DNA of 64,000 nt from Candidatus Thermodiscus eudorianus (GCA_015521085.1 WAOW01000003.1:31904-95903); one strand, 5' to 3'. Positions 18,140 to 28,011 are shown, numbered from the stretch's first letter. Numbers and translations: made by a program. The notes: generated from the letters alone by a model not told the origin.

Positions 18140-18208
18140 GCCAGTTGGGTTACACCGGGCAGGAGTCAGTGTGAGGCCTATTTTATATATTTCTGATTCC
18201 CTGTATGA

Positions 18209-18227
18209 GGCTAGATAGCGTCTAGCC
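18209..18227. terminator. hairpin GGCTAGA-TAGCG-TCTAGCC spanning the stop codon of the AbrB/PhoU-like gene
   Basis: 7-bp inverted repeat read directly from the sequence. Confidence 0.3.
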
Positions 18228-19130
18228 CTTGTTCTGGTTCTGTGTTGTCGTGAAGCATAGGGCCGTCTTGGCCAGCTCCCTTATGGTGGAGAGTAGGGCG
18301 CTCGCGATTCCAGCTACTCTATCGTTCCGGCTCCTGTACTTCTCCATTAGCTCGTCCACCTTCTCTTCGACCTCTAGGAGTCTCTTACCGCTCGTGTTGG
18401 CGACTGCCGAGGCTACAAGTACTAGCAGCGTCGCCACCTCTCTAGCGGTCTCGCCGGCATCCTCCGGGGAGTTCGCGACCTCCCTCATCAGAGTCTCGAA
18501 GTTCCCGAGCACCGTGTACATTATCCCGACTGTCATCGGGTTCACGTTCTCGCCGCTGCAGGTTACCACCTTGTTCCTGAAGACGCTCCTAGCCACTATG
18601 TCCGTTATCATCCTGGCCTTCTCGTACTCCCTGTAGGCTTCTTCGAGCGTTGTCTTCCCGCTTGCGAGGCCGTCTGTTATATTGTATAGTATGTTTGCTA
18701 TCAGCTTTAGGAACTTCCTGTTGGCGTCCTTAGCTGAGAGTAACTGGGCCTCGATCACGTTCATTACCTGGACCGCCTCTAATACGTAGTCGCTCTTCCT
18801 GAGTCCTTCGAGGATCTCCTCCGGGTCCACCCCGTTTGACCTGGGGAGCTCGATGATGAGCCTGTCATAGCCTGCTACGAATGCGCACCTAGCCAGCTCC
18901 TGCGGGTCCAGCTCCTTTAGGTAGCTTGAGAGCTTGACCGTGAGGCTGCCCATGTTCTTGACTAGCTCGGAGCTCGGTGGGAGTATCTTGAGCTGGTTCC
19001 CCTCGTCTACTACGACTACCTCGTCTCCTATGCCTATACCCACCTTCCTAGCCCATATCTTCGGCAGCGTTATTATGAGGCTTGAACCGCCTAGTCGCTG
19101 TACCCTTCTCTTGGATACTCCTAAGCTCAC
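18222..19130 (-). CDS. AbrB/SpoVT-type DNA-binding domain fused to a PhoU-like helical domain (archaeal phosphate-uptake-regulator-like)
   Basis: The N-terminal RRVQRLGGSSLIITLPKIWARKVGIGIGDEVVV is a swapped-hairpin AbrB motif. The remaining 230 aa or so are all-helical. The PhoU assignment comes from domain-architecture memory, not from a motif. Confidence 0.55.
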   Translation of the reverse strand: MSLGVSKRRVQRLGGSSLIITLPKIWARKVGIGIGDEVVVVDEGNQLKILPPSSELVKNMGSLTVKLSSYLKELDPQELARCAFVAGYDRLIIELPRSNGVDPEEILEGLRKSDYVLEAVQVMNVIEAQLLSAKDANRKFLKLIANILYNITDGLASGKTTLEEAYREYEKARMITDIVARSVFRNKVVTCSGENVNPMTVGIMYTVLGNFETLMREVANSPEDAGETAREVATLLVLVASAVANTSGKRLLEVEEKVDELMEKYRSRNDRVAGIASALLSTIRELAKTALCFTTTQNQNKG

Positions 19131-19200
19131 AGTTATCCCCGGGTATAGTAGTGGCTTGGGAGAAATTTAAAGTTTAACAGTGTTAAAGATCCCCCGCGCT

Positions 19201-19638
19201 CTAGCCGGCGGAGTGGAGCTCCTCCACATCAACCTCTCCGACGAAGGGCCTGCTAACATCCTTTATGCTAATGACGCCCACGAGCCTACCACTACTATCG
19301 ACTACCGGCAAGTGCCTGAACCCGAAGTGGAGCATCGTCTCCAAAGCCCTCCTAGCTGGCTCGGACTCCTTTATAGTCACCAGCCTCCTAGTCATGACGT
19401 CCCCTAGCTTGACTCTGCTAGGGTCTAGGCCCTTAGCGCACACCTTGATCAGGAGGTCTCGCTCTGTGAAGATGCCTATAGGCTTCAGCTTGTCGTCGAC
19501 AATGATAACGCTGCCCACGTTCTCCTCAGCCATCTTGCTGACCGCCTTATCCACGGTGTCCTCGGGCTTCATCACTATGGGCTGCTTGGTTATGAGGGAG
19601 ACTACAGGAAATTCCTCTGCATGAGGCATACTAATCAC
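19201..19638 (-). CDS. CBS-domain pair protein
   Basis: 145 aa with VGSVIIVDDKLKPIGIFTERDL and RHLPVVDSSGRLVGVISIKDV. Confidence 0.85.
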   Translation of the reverse strand: MISMPHAEEFPVVSLITKQPIVMKPEDTVDKAVSKMAEENVGSVIIVDDKLKPIGIFTERDLLIKVCAKGLDPSRVKLGDVMTRRLVTIKESEPARRALETMLHFGFRHLPVVDSSGRLVGVISIKDVSRPFVGEVDVEELHSAG

Positions 19639-19691
19639 CGTATGATAGTGTCTCCGCGGTCAAATAAAATATTGTGGTTTATAGGTGAAGA

Positions 19692-20693
19692 TCACTTAGA
19701 ACTACATATCTTCTTAAACCACTTATGCGCCCTCTCACAGTCACCTCCAGAGTACACCTTGTCATCGCCCAACTCCACTATCACCCTCTTAAACTTATCC
19801 ACGTCCTCAGCCGTAAGGAAGGGCCTCGACGTCGACTTCGCCGTGGCTGGGCTCAAGCACACGTCGTTCTCCGGGTCCTCCGGGTCGACTATGGTCGTGG
19901 GCATCCAGTGCTTCTCGACGAGCCTCCTACTACTGGTATATACGTTCAGGACGCCCCCCACCAGGACTAGGGGGCTCCCGGCGTCCATGGACCTGGCTGT
20001 GAGGATCTTGTCTACCAGGCAGTGCTTCATGGTGACAACGTATCCCTCTTTCTTGGGCTGTGGGAGGTATCTGCTGGTGTAGGGCATTGCGTGGCCGATG
20101 ACTATATCGACCTTGGACATCTCGAAGGCCTTGAATATCAGGGGGTTGAACATGTCCTCGTCTATGAAGACCCCGATCCTGCCAATCCCATTACCACTGT
20201 AATCGACTAGGTCAAACACCCCAGGGGTCTTGCCGCATGTGAGCCCCAGGCTCTCCTCGACCGGCGTGAGAGTTATCTTCCTATATTTCTCGATGCCCCC
20301 GTCGGGCTTGATTAGGACGGTGGTCTCATAGTTCCTCGGCCCTGCGACCTCGTAGAGGGGGCCGTAGAGTATGTTGACGTTGTGGTTTATGGCGACCTTC
20401 CTGAGGAGCCTGACGGGGCTGCTCTGGCCCATCGTCTTCAGGTTCAGCGTGGTCGACCTGTACTTTATCCTGCTCTTAGCCCTCTCCTTATCCCTGATAT
20501 ACTCGGGTATGTTCCCTGTGGCTGGGAAGGCGTGGGAGACTATCAGGTGGATGGGGTTGTTGTTGGCCTTAGCCTCCTCTAGAAAGTTCGTGACTAGGTT
20601 CACGAACCTATGGATGTTGTGGGAGTAACTGGGCCCTCCCTTGGCGGCCTTGACGGATCCGTGCAGTACTGCTATGTGTAGCTCTCCCGTCAT
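19692..20693 (-). CDS. carbon-nitrogen hydrolase (nitrilase superfamily)-like protein with a degenerate catalytic triad
   Basis: 333 aa. EKYRKITLT matches the nitrilase YRK(I/L)HLF lysine strand, and IGVFIDEDMFNP matches the (V/I)CYD..FPE cysteine strand but with Cys replaced by Asp. LIVSHAFP stands in place of the LPE(L/M)F glutamate strand. The start overlaps the reverse gyrase stop (ATGA). Confidence 0.5.
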   Translation of the reverse strand: MTGELHIAVLHGSVKAAKGGPSYSHNIHRFVNLVTNFLEEAKANNNPIHLIVSHAFPATGNIPEYIRDKERAKSRIKYRSTTLNLKTMGQSSPVRLLRKVAINHNVNILYGPLYEVAGPRNYETTVLIKPDGGIEKYRKITLTPVEESLGLTCGKTPGVFDLVDYSGNGIGRIGVFIDEDMFNPLIFKAFEMSKVDIVIGHAMPYTSRYLPQPKKEGYVVTMKHCLVDKILTARSMDAGSPLVLVGGVLNVYTSSRRLVEKHWMPTTIVDPEDPENDVCLSPATAKSTSRPFLTAEDVDKFKRVIVELGDDKVYSGGDCERAHKWFKKICSSK

Positions 20694-23600
20694 CGCTTAA
20701 TCGACCCCCTACTCCTCTTGTACGCTTGAAGGCACTCTGCGATCACTCCAGAATCCTCTCGATACGCCGACGCTATTGGACGGGCGATCCCCTCTATCTC
20801 AGAGTATACCTCGCTCATTATATCTATTCTTCGAGCGACACCCTCCTCTATCTGATCCATCTTCTCCTGGAGGATCCTCGTCCTCTCCTCCGAGACCAGC
20901 ACCGGTATCCGCCTGAGATACCTGTAATCTACGAGCTTCTCTAGGCCACTGGGCTCCTCCACGACCCCCCTAGTCAGGTAGTCGTATACCGCCCTGCCCC
21001 TCACAGTGGCGATCAACCTGTCCTCGGGGGCCCGCATGATGTACTTCCTCTTGAACAACGTCTCTATGATCTTGGCATACGTGCTGGGCCTGCCTATGCC
21101 CCGCTCCTTCATCAACTGTATAACGTCTCCCTGGGTGTAGAGGGGGACCTTGCTCCTCTTCCTCACGAACTCCAGCACCGCCGCGACCTTGCCCAGGGGC
21201 AGTGGCGGCTGCTCCCTGACATAGGGCCATACCAGCGTGTAGCCCCTCGCCTCGTCGCCCCCTCCAACTCCGACCTCTACGATCCTCTCCAGCTCCAGGT
21301 AGGAGTCGGACCCGAGTATCTCTACCCTATACCTGGCCCTCCTCAGCGAGGCCCCCCGCATCTGGCTCGCTATAAACCTCCTGAATATCAAGTCGTAGAG
21401 CCGGAAGTGGGCGTTGGTTAGCCTGGTTGCAACAGTTATAACGCCCTCCTCTATCAGGCCGCGCAGCGTCTCGGCATCTATGGGCCTGGTGGGCCTTATC
21501 GCCTCATGGGCGCCTCCGGCCCCCCATCTCCTTGGCTTGAAGAGCTTCTCCCCCATGTCGCCGTAGGCCTCCCGCAGCCACTCCCTGGCTATCTGGATCC
21601 CCCTCTCGCTCACCCTCGTGGAGTCGGTTCTGTGGTAGGTGATTAGTCCCAGCTCGAAGAGGTTCTGGGCGAGCCTCATGGTCTCCGGGGCTCCGAGGCC
21701 GAGGTACCTATTGGCGTCTGCTATCAGCGTGTCGGTCGTGTACGGCGGGGGTGGGGGCGATTCCTCGATTCTCTCCTCGACCAGGGTTATTTCGAGGTCG
21801 ACATCTACGGTCTTCGTCTTCTTGAAGAACTCCCTGAGCCTGTGGGCCTCGCCGAGAAGGTCTAGCTCGGTGAAGTATATCCTTGTTGAATCTAGGATTA
21901 GCCGGTACTCGTTGACCTTCTCCTTGGCCTCCTCGACCCTCTCTATGATCCAGCCCAGGACCGGGGTCTGGACGCGGCCAGCGCTCAAGTTATAGTAGTA
22001 CCTATACCTCTTACACCTTTCCTCCTCGTTGCGTATGAAGCGGCCCTTCCTCGGGAGATACTCTAGCTGTGGACAGTACACCTTGGGCCAGAAGTGGCAC
22101 CATAAGAGGGGTGATAGCGTGAATCCTATCCACCGGTCTTCTGCCCTCCTAACTATCTGCGCGTCGACGAGCGACTGGTTGAATTCTCTCAGCTCCCTGA
22201 GGGCTTGTTGTATGGCTCTCCTGGTGACCTCGTGGAACTCCAGCCTCATTATGCCCCTGGAATAGGGCTTTACCAGTAGGGAGACGTCCCATCCTATCTT
22301 CTCTCCCTCAGTGTCGGGGTCTGTGCCTATCAGGACCATGTCGGCCTCCCAGGCTAGCCTCCGCAGGTCTTCTATGACGATCCTGGAGTCCTTGATGTTC
22401 TTGCTCCCGCAGACGGGGCACGTGGTCCTCTCCTCGGTGAACTGGTATCCGCAGTCCAGGCACCTCTTTATACTGGTATAGACTGGGTGGAACTCCCTTG
22501 GTCCCCCTGAACCATTGTTTAGAGTGTAGACGCCGAATATCCAGTCTCCAGCCTCTACCCCTGGAGGGAGGTCGTCCAGCCTCTCCTCCGTGGCCAGGTC
22601 GTAGACGTGGCCGCCGCTCGCTATCACGGTTAGTATGAGGTCTCCCGTGGCGACCTCGTAGGCCCTGAGCCCCCCGGGTAGTAGTCTTATGCTTGGCTGG
22701 CCGAAGAAGGATGCTATTGTCCTGGCCTTGTTTGGTGACTCCACTATTAGCACGGCCGTCTTTACCAGGTCGCCTAGCTTCTCCTCTCCCCCGAGCACCC
22801 TCTTCACTCTGCGTCTATCCTCCTCTATCTCTTTGATGAGTTTTTCGAGGTCTAGCTGGTCGAAGCTCGTCCACCTGGTATCGGCCATCCAGGAGGTCCT
22901 CTTCCTAAGCCCCTCCATAACCCTAGGGTAGTCAACTACTACAACGCTCAGCCCGAGGGTTATCCCTCCCGCGTAGAGCCTGCTCGTCCTACCACTAGCC
23001 TGCAGGTACGTGGCCGCGTCAGCGACCAGTATGTAGTGCTCGCCGCCCTCGGAGACGACCTCGATATCCCTCCGCTCGGATAAATACCTCCAAACCTCCG
23101 GATCCGACAACGCGTTCCTCAGGAAGTTATAGGCCTCCCACACGAGCCTCGTGGCCTCACTAGCCTCGACATCGCCCTGGAGCACCCTCTCGGCGATCAT
23201 CTGCAGGGCCGCGGGGCTAAGGGCCCTCGTGACCCTCCTCATCACGGCCAGGTGCTTCCTGGCCTCGCCGGCGACCTCCTCTATTGGTATATCGACTAGG
23301 AGGCCCAGGAGCCTGAGTATGCTTGAGGGCGACGGGTAGCCGACGTCGGCTGTGAACTTGTGACGGGGGACGCCGGCGAAGAGCGCGTACTTAACCCTCT
23401 CCGGCATGTCCAGGCCCCTGACCAGCACGCCATAGTAGTTGGCCACTCCAACGAGTACATTGACCTCTCCCCGGGCGAAGTCCTCTAGGAGGCTTAGGGG
23501 CTTCTTGGAGTGGAAGGCCTCGGCCGCGATACCCTCGCCCCTCAGCATCTCAGCCAGCTTCTCGGCGCCCTCGATCCCGTGGTCTATTGGCACGTACACG

Positions 23601-24727
23601 AGGGTCCCGTCCCGGAAGTAGTCCCTCACAAGGGCGACAACCTCCTCGTACAGGCCACGCTCGGGGAGCTTGTAGGAGTCGACTACCCTCCTCAGCCCTA
23701 TATCACTCCTACCGCCAGCCTCGAAGCCCAGGAGCACCCTGAATAGCCTGACCCTAGCCCCCCGAGGGCGGCCTGTCGCGCTACTGACTATGAGGGTCGA
23801 CGCCCTCCTCCTAGCCCTCTCCAAGAGGTTCTCCAGCTTCTTGGCCTGCTCCTCGATGCTGGCGAGTTGACTCCTCAACTGTTCTAGCCTCTCCTGGGTT
23901 CTGGCCTCGCGCCTGGCCTGCAACTGGAGTCTCGCCACCTCTGATCTCAGGTATGCGATGCGTCTCTGGAGCCTTAGGAGTTCGAGCCCGTTCTCTATGT
24001 CTTCGCCGGTGAATCCTACTATCCGGAGGACCGCATCCACGCTCCTGGCGCTCCTCAGCACAGCGTCTACGTCGTCGACGAATACCAGCCTGAACCTGTT
24101 CTCGGAGAGGTCCTCGGAGTACTTCCTGGCGAAGCTCGCCGTGGTTAGGAGTATGTCGAAGTCCCTGGACTTGTAGGCCTCCATCGCCTCGCTACGCTCC
24201 TTCCTCTTCATCTTGCTGTGTATAGCTATGGCCCTTACCCTGCACCCAGCCCTGTCAGCCAGCTCCAAGAGTCTTCGATATGCCATCTCGACGAGCGTCG
24301 TGGTTGGGAAGACTAGGTAGCTCTTCCTGCCCTCGCGACAGGCGAAGAATATGCTAGCCACGAGCCCGAAGGTGGTCTTACCGACGCCAGTAGGCGCTAT
24401 TATAGAGAAGCTATCGCCCCGGACAACCCTCCTAGCCCAAGTCCTCTGGGCCCCCCAGGCCGGGTTGCCCACGGCCTCCTCGAAGAACCTTATCAGCGAC
24501 TCGGACTTCCTCTCCAGGCTAGCTAGCTCCCTATAGCCCTGCTTGAGCCTGCCGTTCCCACGCAGGATCCCCTCTATCTCGACGATGCCCAGGCTACCCT
24601 CTACCTCTTGGGGCATGCACCTCGGACACGGTAGGCCCCTGGCGAGTCGGGACTCGGTGTTGGAGAGTCCACAGTTCGGGCATGAGTATCTATAGGAGCC
24701 TCTGCCCAAGTAGTTGTTGATAGCCAA
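20690..24727 (-). CDS. rgy: reverse gyrase
   Basis: 1345 aa with an N-terminal zinc finger (CPNCG...CPRC), SF2 helicase motifs (APTGVGKT, VDDVD, SSATG), TOPRIM (IVESPNKARTIA, GTDPDTEGEKI) and a topoisomerase IA domain containing a second zinc finger (CLDCG...CPVCG). Confidence 0.97.
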   Translation of the reverse strand: MAINNYLGRGSYRYSCPNCGLSNTESRLARGLPCPRCMPQEVEGSLGIVEIEGILRGNGRLKQGYRELASLERKSESLIRFFEEAVGNPAWGAQRTWARRVVRGDSFSIIAPTGVGKTTFGLVASIFFACREGRKSYLVFPTTTLVEMAYRRLLELADRAGCRVRAIAIHSKMKRKERSEAMEAYKSRDFDILLTTASFARKYSEDLSENRFRLVFVDDVDAVLRSARSVDAVLRIVGFTGEDIENGLELLRLQRRIAYLRSEVARLQLQARREARTQERLEQLRSQLASIEEQAKKLENLLERARRRASTLIVSSATGRPRGARVRLFRVLLGFEAGGRSDIGLRRVVDSYKLPERGLYEEVVALVRDYFRDGTLVYVPIDHGIEGAEKLAEMLRGEGIAAEAFHSKKPLSLLEDFARGEVNVLVGVANYYGVLVRGLDMPERVKYALFAGVPRHKFTADVGYPSPSSILRLLGLLVDIPIEEVAGEARKHLAVMRRVTRALSPAALQMIAERVLQGDVEASEATRLVWEAYNFLRNALSDPEVWRYLSERRDIEVVSEGGEHYILVADAATYLQASGRTSRLYAGGITLGLSVVVVDYPRVMEGLRKRTSWMADTRWTSFDQLDLEKLIKEIEEDRRRVKRVLGGEEKLGDLVKTAVLIVESPNKARTIASFFGQPSIRLLPGGLRAYEVATGDLILTVIASGGHVYDLATEERLDDLPPGVEAGDWIFGVYTLNNGSGGPREFHPVYTSIKRCLDCGYQFTEERTTCPVCGSKNIKDSRIVIEDLRRLAWEADMVLIGTDPDTEGEKIGWDVSLLVKPYSRGIMRLEFHEVTRRAIQQALRELREFNQSLVDAQIVRRAEDRWIGFTLSPLLWCHFWPKVYCPQLEYLPRKGRFIRNEEERCKRYRYYYNLSAGRVQTPVLGWIIERVEEAKEKVNEYRLILDSTRIYFTELDLLGEAHRLREFFKKTKTVDVDLEITLVEERIEESPPPPPYTTDTLIADANRYLGLGAPETMRLAQNLFELGLITYHRTDSTRVSERGIQIAREWLREAYGDMGEKLFKPRRWGAGGAHEAIRPTRPIDAETLRGLIEEGVITVATRLTNAHFRLYDLIFRRFIASQMRGASLRRARYRVEILGSDSYLELERIVEVGVGGGDEARGYTLVWPYVREQPPLPLGKVAAVLEFVRKRSKVPLYTQGDVIQLMKERGIGRPSTYAKIIETLFKRKYIMRAPEDRLIATVRGRAVYDYLTRGVVEEPSGLEKLVDYRYLRRIPVLVSEERTRILQEKMDQIEEGVARRIDIMSEVYSEIEGIARPIASAYREDSGVIAECLQAYKRSRGSIKR

Positions 24728-24877
24728 TTACCTACACACCTAACCGTGTTCTCCGAGTGTAGTGTTATCTGGAGCCCCTATACGATATAAAACTCTCGCC
24801 AGCCAGAGGGTAGTCGGCGGACAGCCGCTACTCTAGGAGGAGAAGGTAAAAGAGGCTGGTATAGTTATGGGCCTCGC

Positions 24878-25735
24878 CTACTCTATCCTTACCACTGTGC
24901 CCGTCCCTGCCAGTTTGTAGGCGCCCCTGAGGGCCTCTAGCAGGGCCCCCTGTATGAGAGGACCGGTACAGTGTGTGGCGGCGACTAGCTTGGGGCTCTT
25001 CGACTTCAGGTATTCCACCACCTTTGGGGGCCTCTCCGGGGGTGCTCCCAGCAGGTGGAGGCCCCCTATTATGCCGTGGAGCCTCCTGGCCTTCATGACC
25101 TCAAGCCCGTGCTCGACTATGTTCTCTAGCCCCGCGTGGCCGCATCCGGTCAGGACGGTGAGGGAGTCGCCGGTTCTAATGTAGAGGGCCATGTCATCCA
25201 TCATATCATCCTCGACCAGTGAATCCTCTTCTAGCCTTAGCATCCCCCACGAATGGCTTGGACCCCACTTCCTCGGTATCTCCCCGGAGACGATTATGTC
25301 GTCGGTTATCTCTACAGGGCTCCTGGTTAGTAGGAAGCGGGCTCCCAGGTCTTCCAGCTCCCTTCGAGTATAGGGTATCCCAATGTCCCTGAGGGTCCCT
25401 CCCAGGGCCCTTATCCTGGCGTAGGCCGGGTCGAAGAGCCTCTCGTGGGCTATCACAGTTATCTTCCTCCCACTCCTCATTTTGAGGAACTTCTTCAATC
25501 CCCCAGTGTGGTCGTAGTGTCTGTGACTGAGGACTACATAGTCTATCTCCCCCGGGTCGACTCCGAGCTTCTCAAGGTTGTATTCCAGGGCTACTCCACT
25601 CGTCCCCGTGTCGAATAGTATCTTGACACCCGTGCCCTCGTCTTCCACGAGCGCCGAGAACCCGTATTCTGCAATGAGAGGTGTAGGGAGCGGGGCCGAA
25701 TTATCCACTAGGATGGTTATCTTTACTGGAGGCAA
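24878..25735 (-). CDS. MBL-fold metallo-hydrolase (COG1237-like; the family includes the archaeal dihydropterin-aminobenzene-ribofuranosyl-phosphate synthase)
   Basis: 285 aa with KITILVDN...EYGFSALVE...ILFDTG...VVLSHRHYDHTGGL. Confidence 0.7.
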   Translation of the reverse strand: MPPVKITILVDNSAPLPTPLIAEYGFSALVEDEGTGVKILFDTGTSGVALEYNLEKLGVDPGEIDYVVLSHRHYDHTGGLKKFLKMRSGRKITVIAHERLFDPAYARIRALGGTLRDIGIPYTRRELEDLGARFLLTRSPVEITDDIIVSGEIPRKWGPSHSWGMLRLEEDSLVEDDMMDDMALYIRTGDSLTVLTGCGHAGLENIVEHGLEVMKARRLHGIIGGLHLLGAPPERPPKVVEYLKSKSPKLVAATHCTGPLIQGALLEALRGAYKLAGTGTVVRIE

Positions 25736-25812
25736 TAGGACTCCACCATGACCTAGTGTACCGCCTCCAGGTTATATATGCGGGGGCGTTCCATGCTGTG
25801 GGGCTTGGAGGC

Positions 25813-26784
25813 CTAGCCAGGCGCTATATCGTTGTACACGTGCTCTACCGCCTTCTCGGCCCCGTTAGTGTATGATGGGGGCTCTATGCCCCGCGCCTCC
25901 TCCAGGGCGTCCTCCAGCGACTCCGGAGTGATTTTATCGACGTACACCGCGTGTATCTTCTCAGCGTATATCCTGGCGTTCTCCAGGCTCGCTGATAAGT
26001 GTAGGTGCCTCGCCGGGACTAGAACGACCGGCTTTCTATAGGCTAGTGCCGCGGTTGCACTAGTCATCCCGGGGAACTGCGTCACCACTATGCTAGCCCC
26101 GGCAAGTAGTTCGTCGAAGTCGGGCGTGTACGTTACATACCTCCACCCGGGCCTCCGCCTCCTGTAGGGTTCCGGGTCGACCCGGCCGGTCTGCATGACC
26201 ACGTTCTCCAGGTCCAGCTCTACCACCGCGTCGAATAGCTCCTTGTTGCCCAGCGTGCCAGCGGTTACGAGAATGTAGCCTCCATCGTAGGGCTCCCTGG
26301 TTGGCGGCTCGTATATTGGCCCGACTACCAGGCCCTTGGGGTAGTTTTTGAGTTGCTCCGGCCAGTGTAGGAAGGTCTTATCGGCTATGTGGTAGAGTAG
26401 CCTCGGGGTCTTCCCCGTGTCTAGGATCCTCACTATGCTCTCTACATTGTATAGCTTCAGCCTCTTGAGCTTTCCGGCGATCGAGGGGGGTATGCTGAAG
26501 TTTGCTCCACATGATATGACCGCCTTGTAGCTCCTCGTGACTCTTGTCATGGATGAGAGGAGTGCTAGCGGCCACCTGTGGATCGTCCTCCATAGGGGTT
26601 CCGCTGGCTTCCGTGGTAGTGGGTGTTCGATTGTCTCGCCTAGCCTGGATAGCTTCTCCCTTATCCAGGGGTAGCCCTTTGGGACTAGGAAGTGGGGGGT
26701 TAATCCCTTCATCCTAGCGTAGTAGCCTAGCGCGTATGCGTAGCCCGAGTGCCCGCCTGGGGCCGCTGTTACCAGTATCTCCAT
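25813..26784 (-). CDS. GT-B glycosyltransferase of the MurG/Alg13-Alg14/Agl24 type
   Basis: 323 aa with the N-terminal glycine-rich MEILVTAAPGGHSGYAYALG (GGH motif) and a C-terminal Rossmann half (ILVTAGTLGN...VVTQFPGMTSATAALAYRKPVVLVP). Sits 3 nt from the sugar dehydrogenase. Confidence 0.55.
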   Translation of the reverse strand: MEILVTAAPGGHSGYAYALGYYARMKGLTPHFLVPKGYPWIREKLSRLGETIEHPLPRKPAEPLWRTIHRWPLALLSSMTRVTRSYKAVISCGANFSIPPSIAGKLKRLKLYNVESIVRILDTGKTPRLLYHIADKTFLHWPEQLKNYPKGLVVGPIYEPPTREPYDGGYILVTAGTLGNKELFDAVVELDLENVVMQTGRVDPEPYRRRRPGWRYVTYTPDFDELLAGASIVVTQFPGMTSATAALAYRKPVVLVPARHLHLSASLENARIYAEKIHAVYVDKITPESLEDALEEARGIEPPSYTNGAEKAVEHVYNDIAPG

Positions 26785-26787
26785 TAT

Positions 26788-28011
26788 CTAGAGCTCCTCC
26801 AACTCTATGACCGGTTTCTCCAGCTTCAAATCCTTATACCCCCACCTGACGACTAGGTCGGCCCACTCCAAAGCCTCCTCCAGCGAGTCGAAGCTCCTCG
26901 GATCGCTTATCAACGGGTCGAAGAACCCTATATCGAGGCCTGGATCCACCTCCTTGAGCTTCTCGGCAACCTTCAGTGGAGGGCTCTGCGAGGAGGTGTA
27001 GGCGTTTGGCTTGTAGCCCAGGCCCAGGAATAGGAGCCTCCTGGCGCCCATCTCAGCGGCTATCCCGTGTATCTTCCTGGCATAGTATAGGGGTTGTTCC
27101 TCGTTCGACTCTATCGCGACCGATAGTATGCGTGAGCCGTCCACCCTTTCATTCATCATAACGGTGTCCTTCGGGATGCATGGGCCTCCTATGTAGGGCC
27201 CCGGGTAGAAGGGCATGTAGCCGAAGGGCTTCGTGGAGGCCGCCTTTACGACCTCCCTCACGTCAATGCCCATGGCGTCGAAGACTCTTTTCAGCTCGTT
27301 TACATAGGCTATGTTCACGAAGCGGAACGTGTTCTCCAATAGCTTGGAGGCCTCCGCTACACGTATATCCCCTACCGGGTGCGTCTCGATGCCGAGGCAG
27401 TCCCTGTAGAGGATTGTAGCAGCCTCCAGGCTCCTAGGGCCCATGCCCCCTACAACCCTCGGTATCTTCTCTATGGTCCACTCCCTTGACCCCGGGTTTA
27501 TCCTTTCCGGCACATGGGCTAGCAGGTAGTCCTCCTCGACACGGTAGCCTGTCTCCCTGGCTATTATACTGCCTAGGTGCGTCCATGTGCCGCCTGGGTA
27601 TATCGTGGTCTCGGATACTATGAGGGACCCCCTATTGATTACCCCTGCGAGTGACCGGGCAGCGCTCTCCAGGGGCGTGTAGTCTATCCTGCCTTCCCTG
27701 AGGGGGGTCTGCACGGCGACTATGTAGAGCGAGTATCCCCTGGCGTCCCTGTAGCTGGTCGTGGCGCTTATACTGTCGGCGACTTTGTCCCAGTTCTCTA
27801 GGACATAGTAGTCTTTCACGTGTAGCTTTTCCCTCGACCCGCTATTGATTGCCTCGACGACCCTCGGGTTGATGTCGATTATCTTGACCTCAATGCCGTG
27901 CTTGGCTAGGTGTACAGCCGTGTGCAGGCCCACATAACCCCCGCCTATGATGGCCGCTCTCTCCGGACAACTAGTCCTAGCCAATACCTTATCGCCACCG
28001 CTGTACCCCAT
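26788..28011 (-). CDS. nucleotide-sugar dehydrogenase (UDP-glucose/GDP-mannose/UDP-ManNAc dehydrogenase family)
   Basis: 407 aa with the NAD fold AIIGGGYVGLHTAVHLA and the catalytic-Cys segment YIGGPCIPKD. Confidence 0.85.
   Translation of the reverse strand: MGYSGGDKVLARTSCPERAAIIGGGYVGLHTAVHLAKHGIEVKIIDINPRVVEAINSGSREKLHVKDYYVLENWDKVADSISATTSYRDARGYSLYIVAVQTPLREGRIDYTPLESAARSLAGVINRGSLIVSETTIYPGGTWTHLGSIIARETGYRVEEDYLLAHVPERINPGSREWTIEKIPRVVGGMGPRSLEAATILYRDCLGIETHPVGDIRVAEASKLLENTFRFVNIAYVNELKRVFDAMGIDVREVVKAASTKPFGYMPFYPGPYIGGPCIPKDTVMMNERVDGSRILSVAIESNEEQPLYYARKIHGIAAEMGARRLLFLGLGYKPNAYTSSQSPPLKVAEKLKEVDPGLDIGFFDPLISDPRSFDSLEEALEWADLVVRWGYKDLKLEKPVIELEEL

Noticed and set aside
23700-24050. 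Possible intein or insertion explaining the large size (1345 aa) of reverse gyrase
   Set aside because: The extra segment is a charged coiled-coil-like insert (LRLQRRIAYLRSEVARLQLQARREARTQERLEQLRSQL...) with no intein block motifs (no C/S...HN-C/S junctions). It is consistent with lineage-specific helicase-domain inserts.
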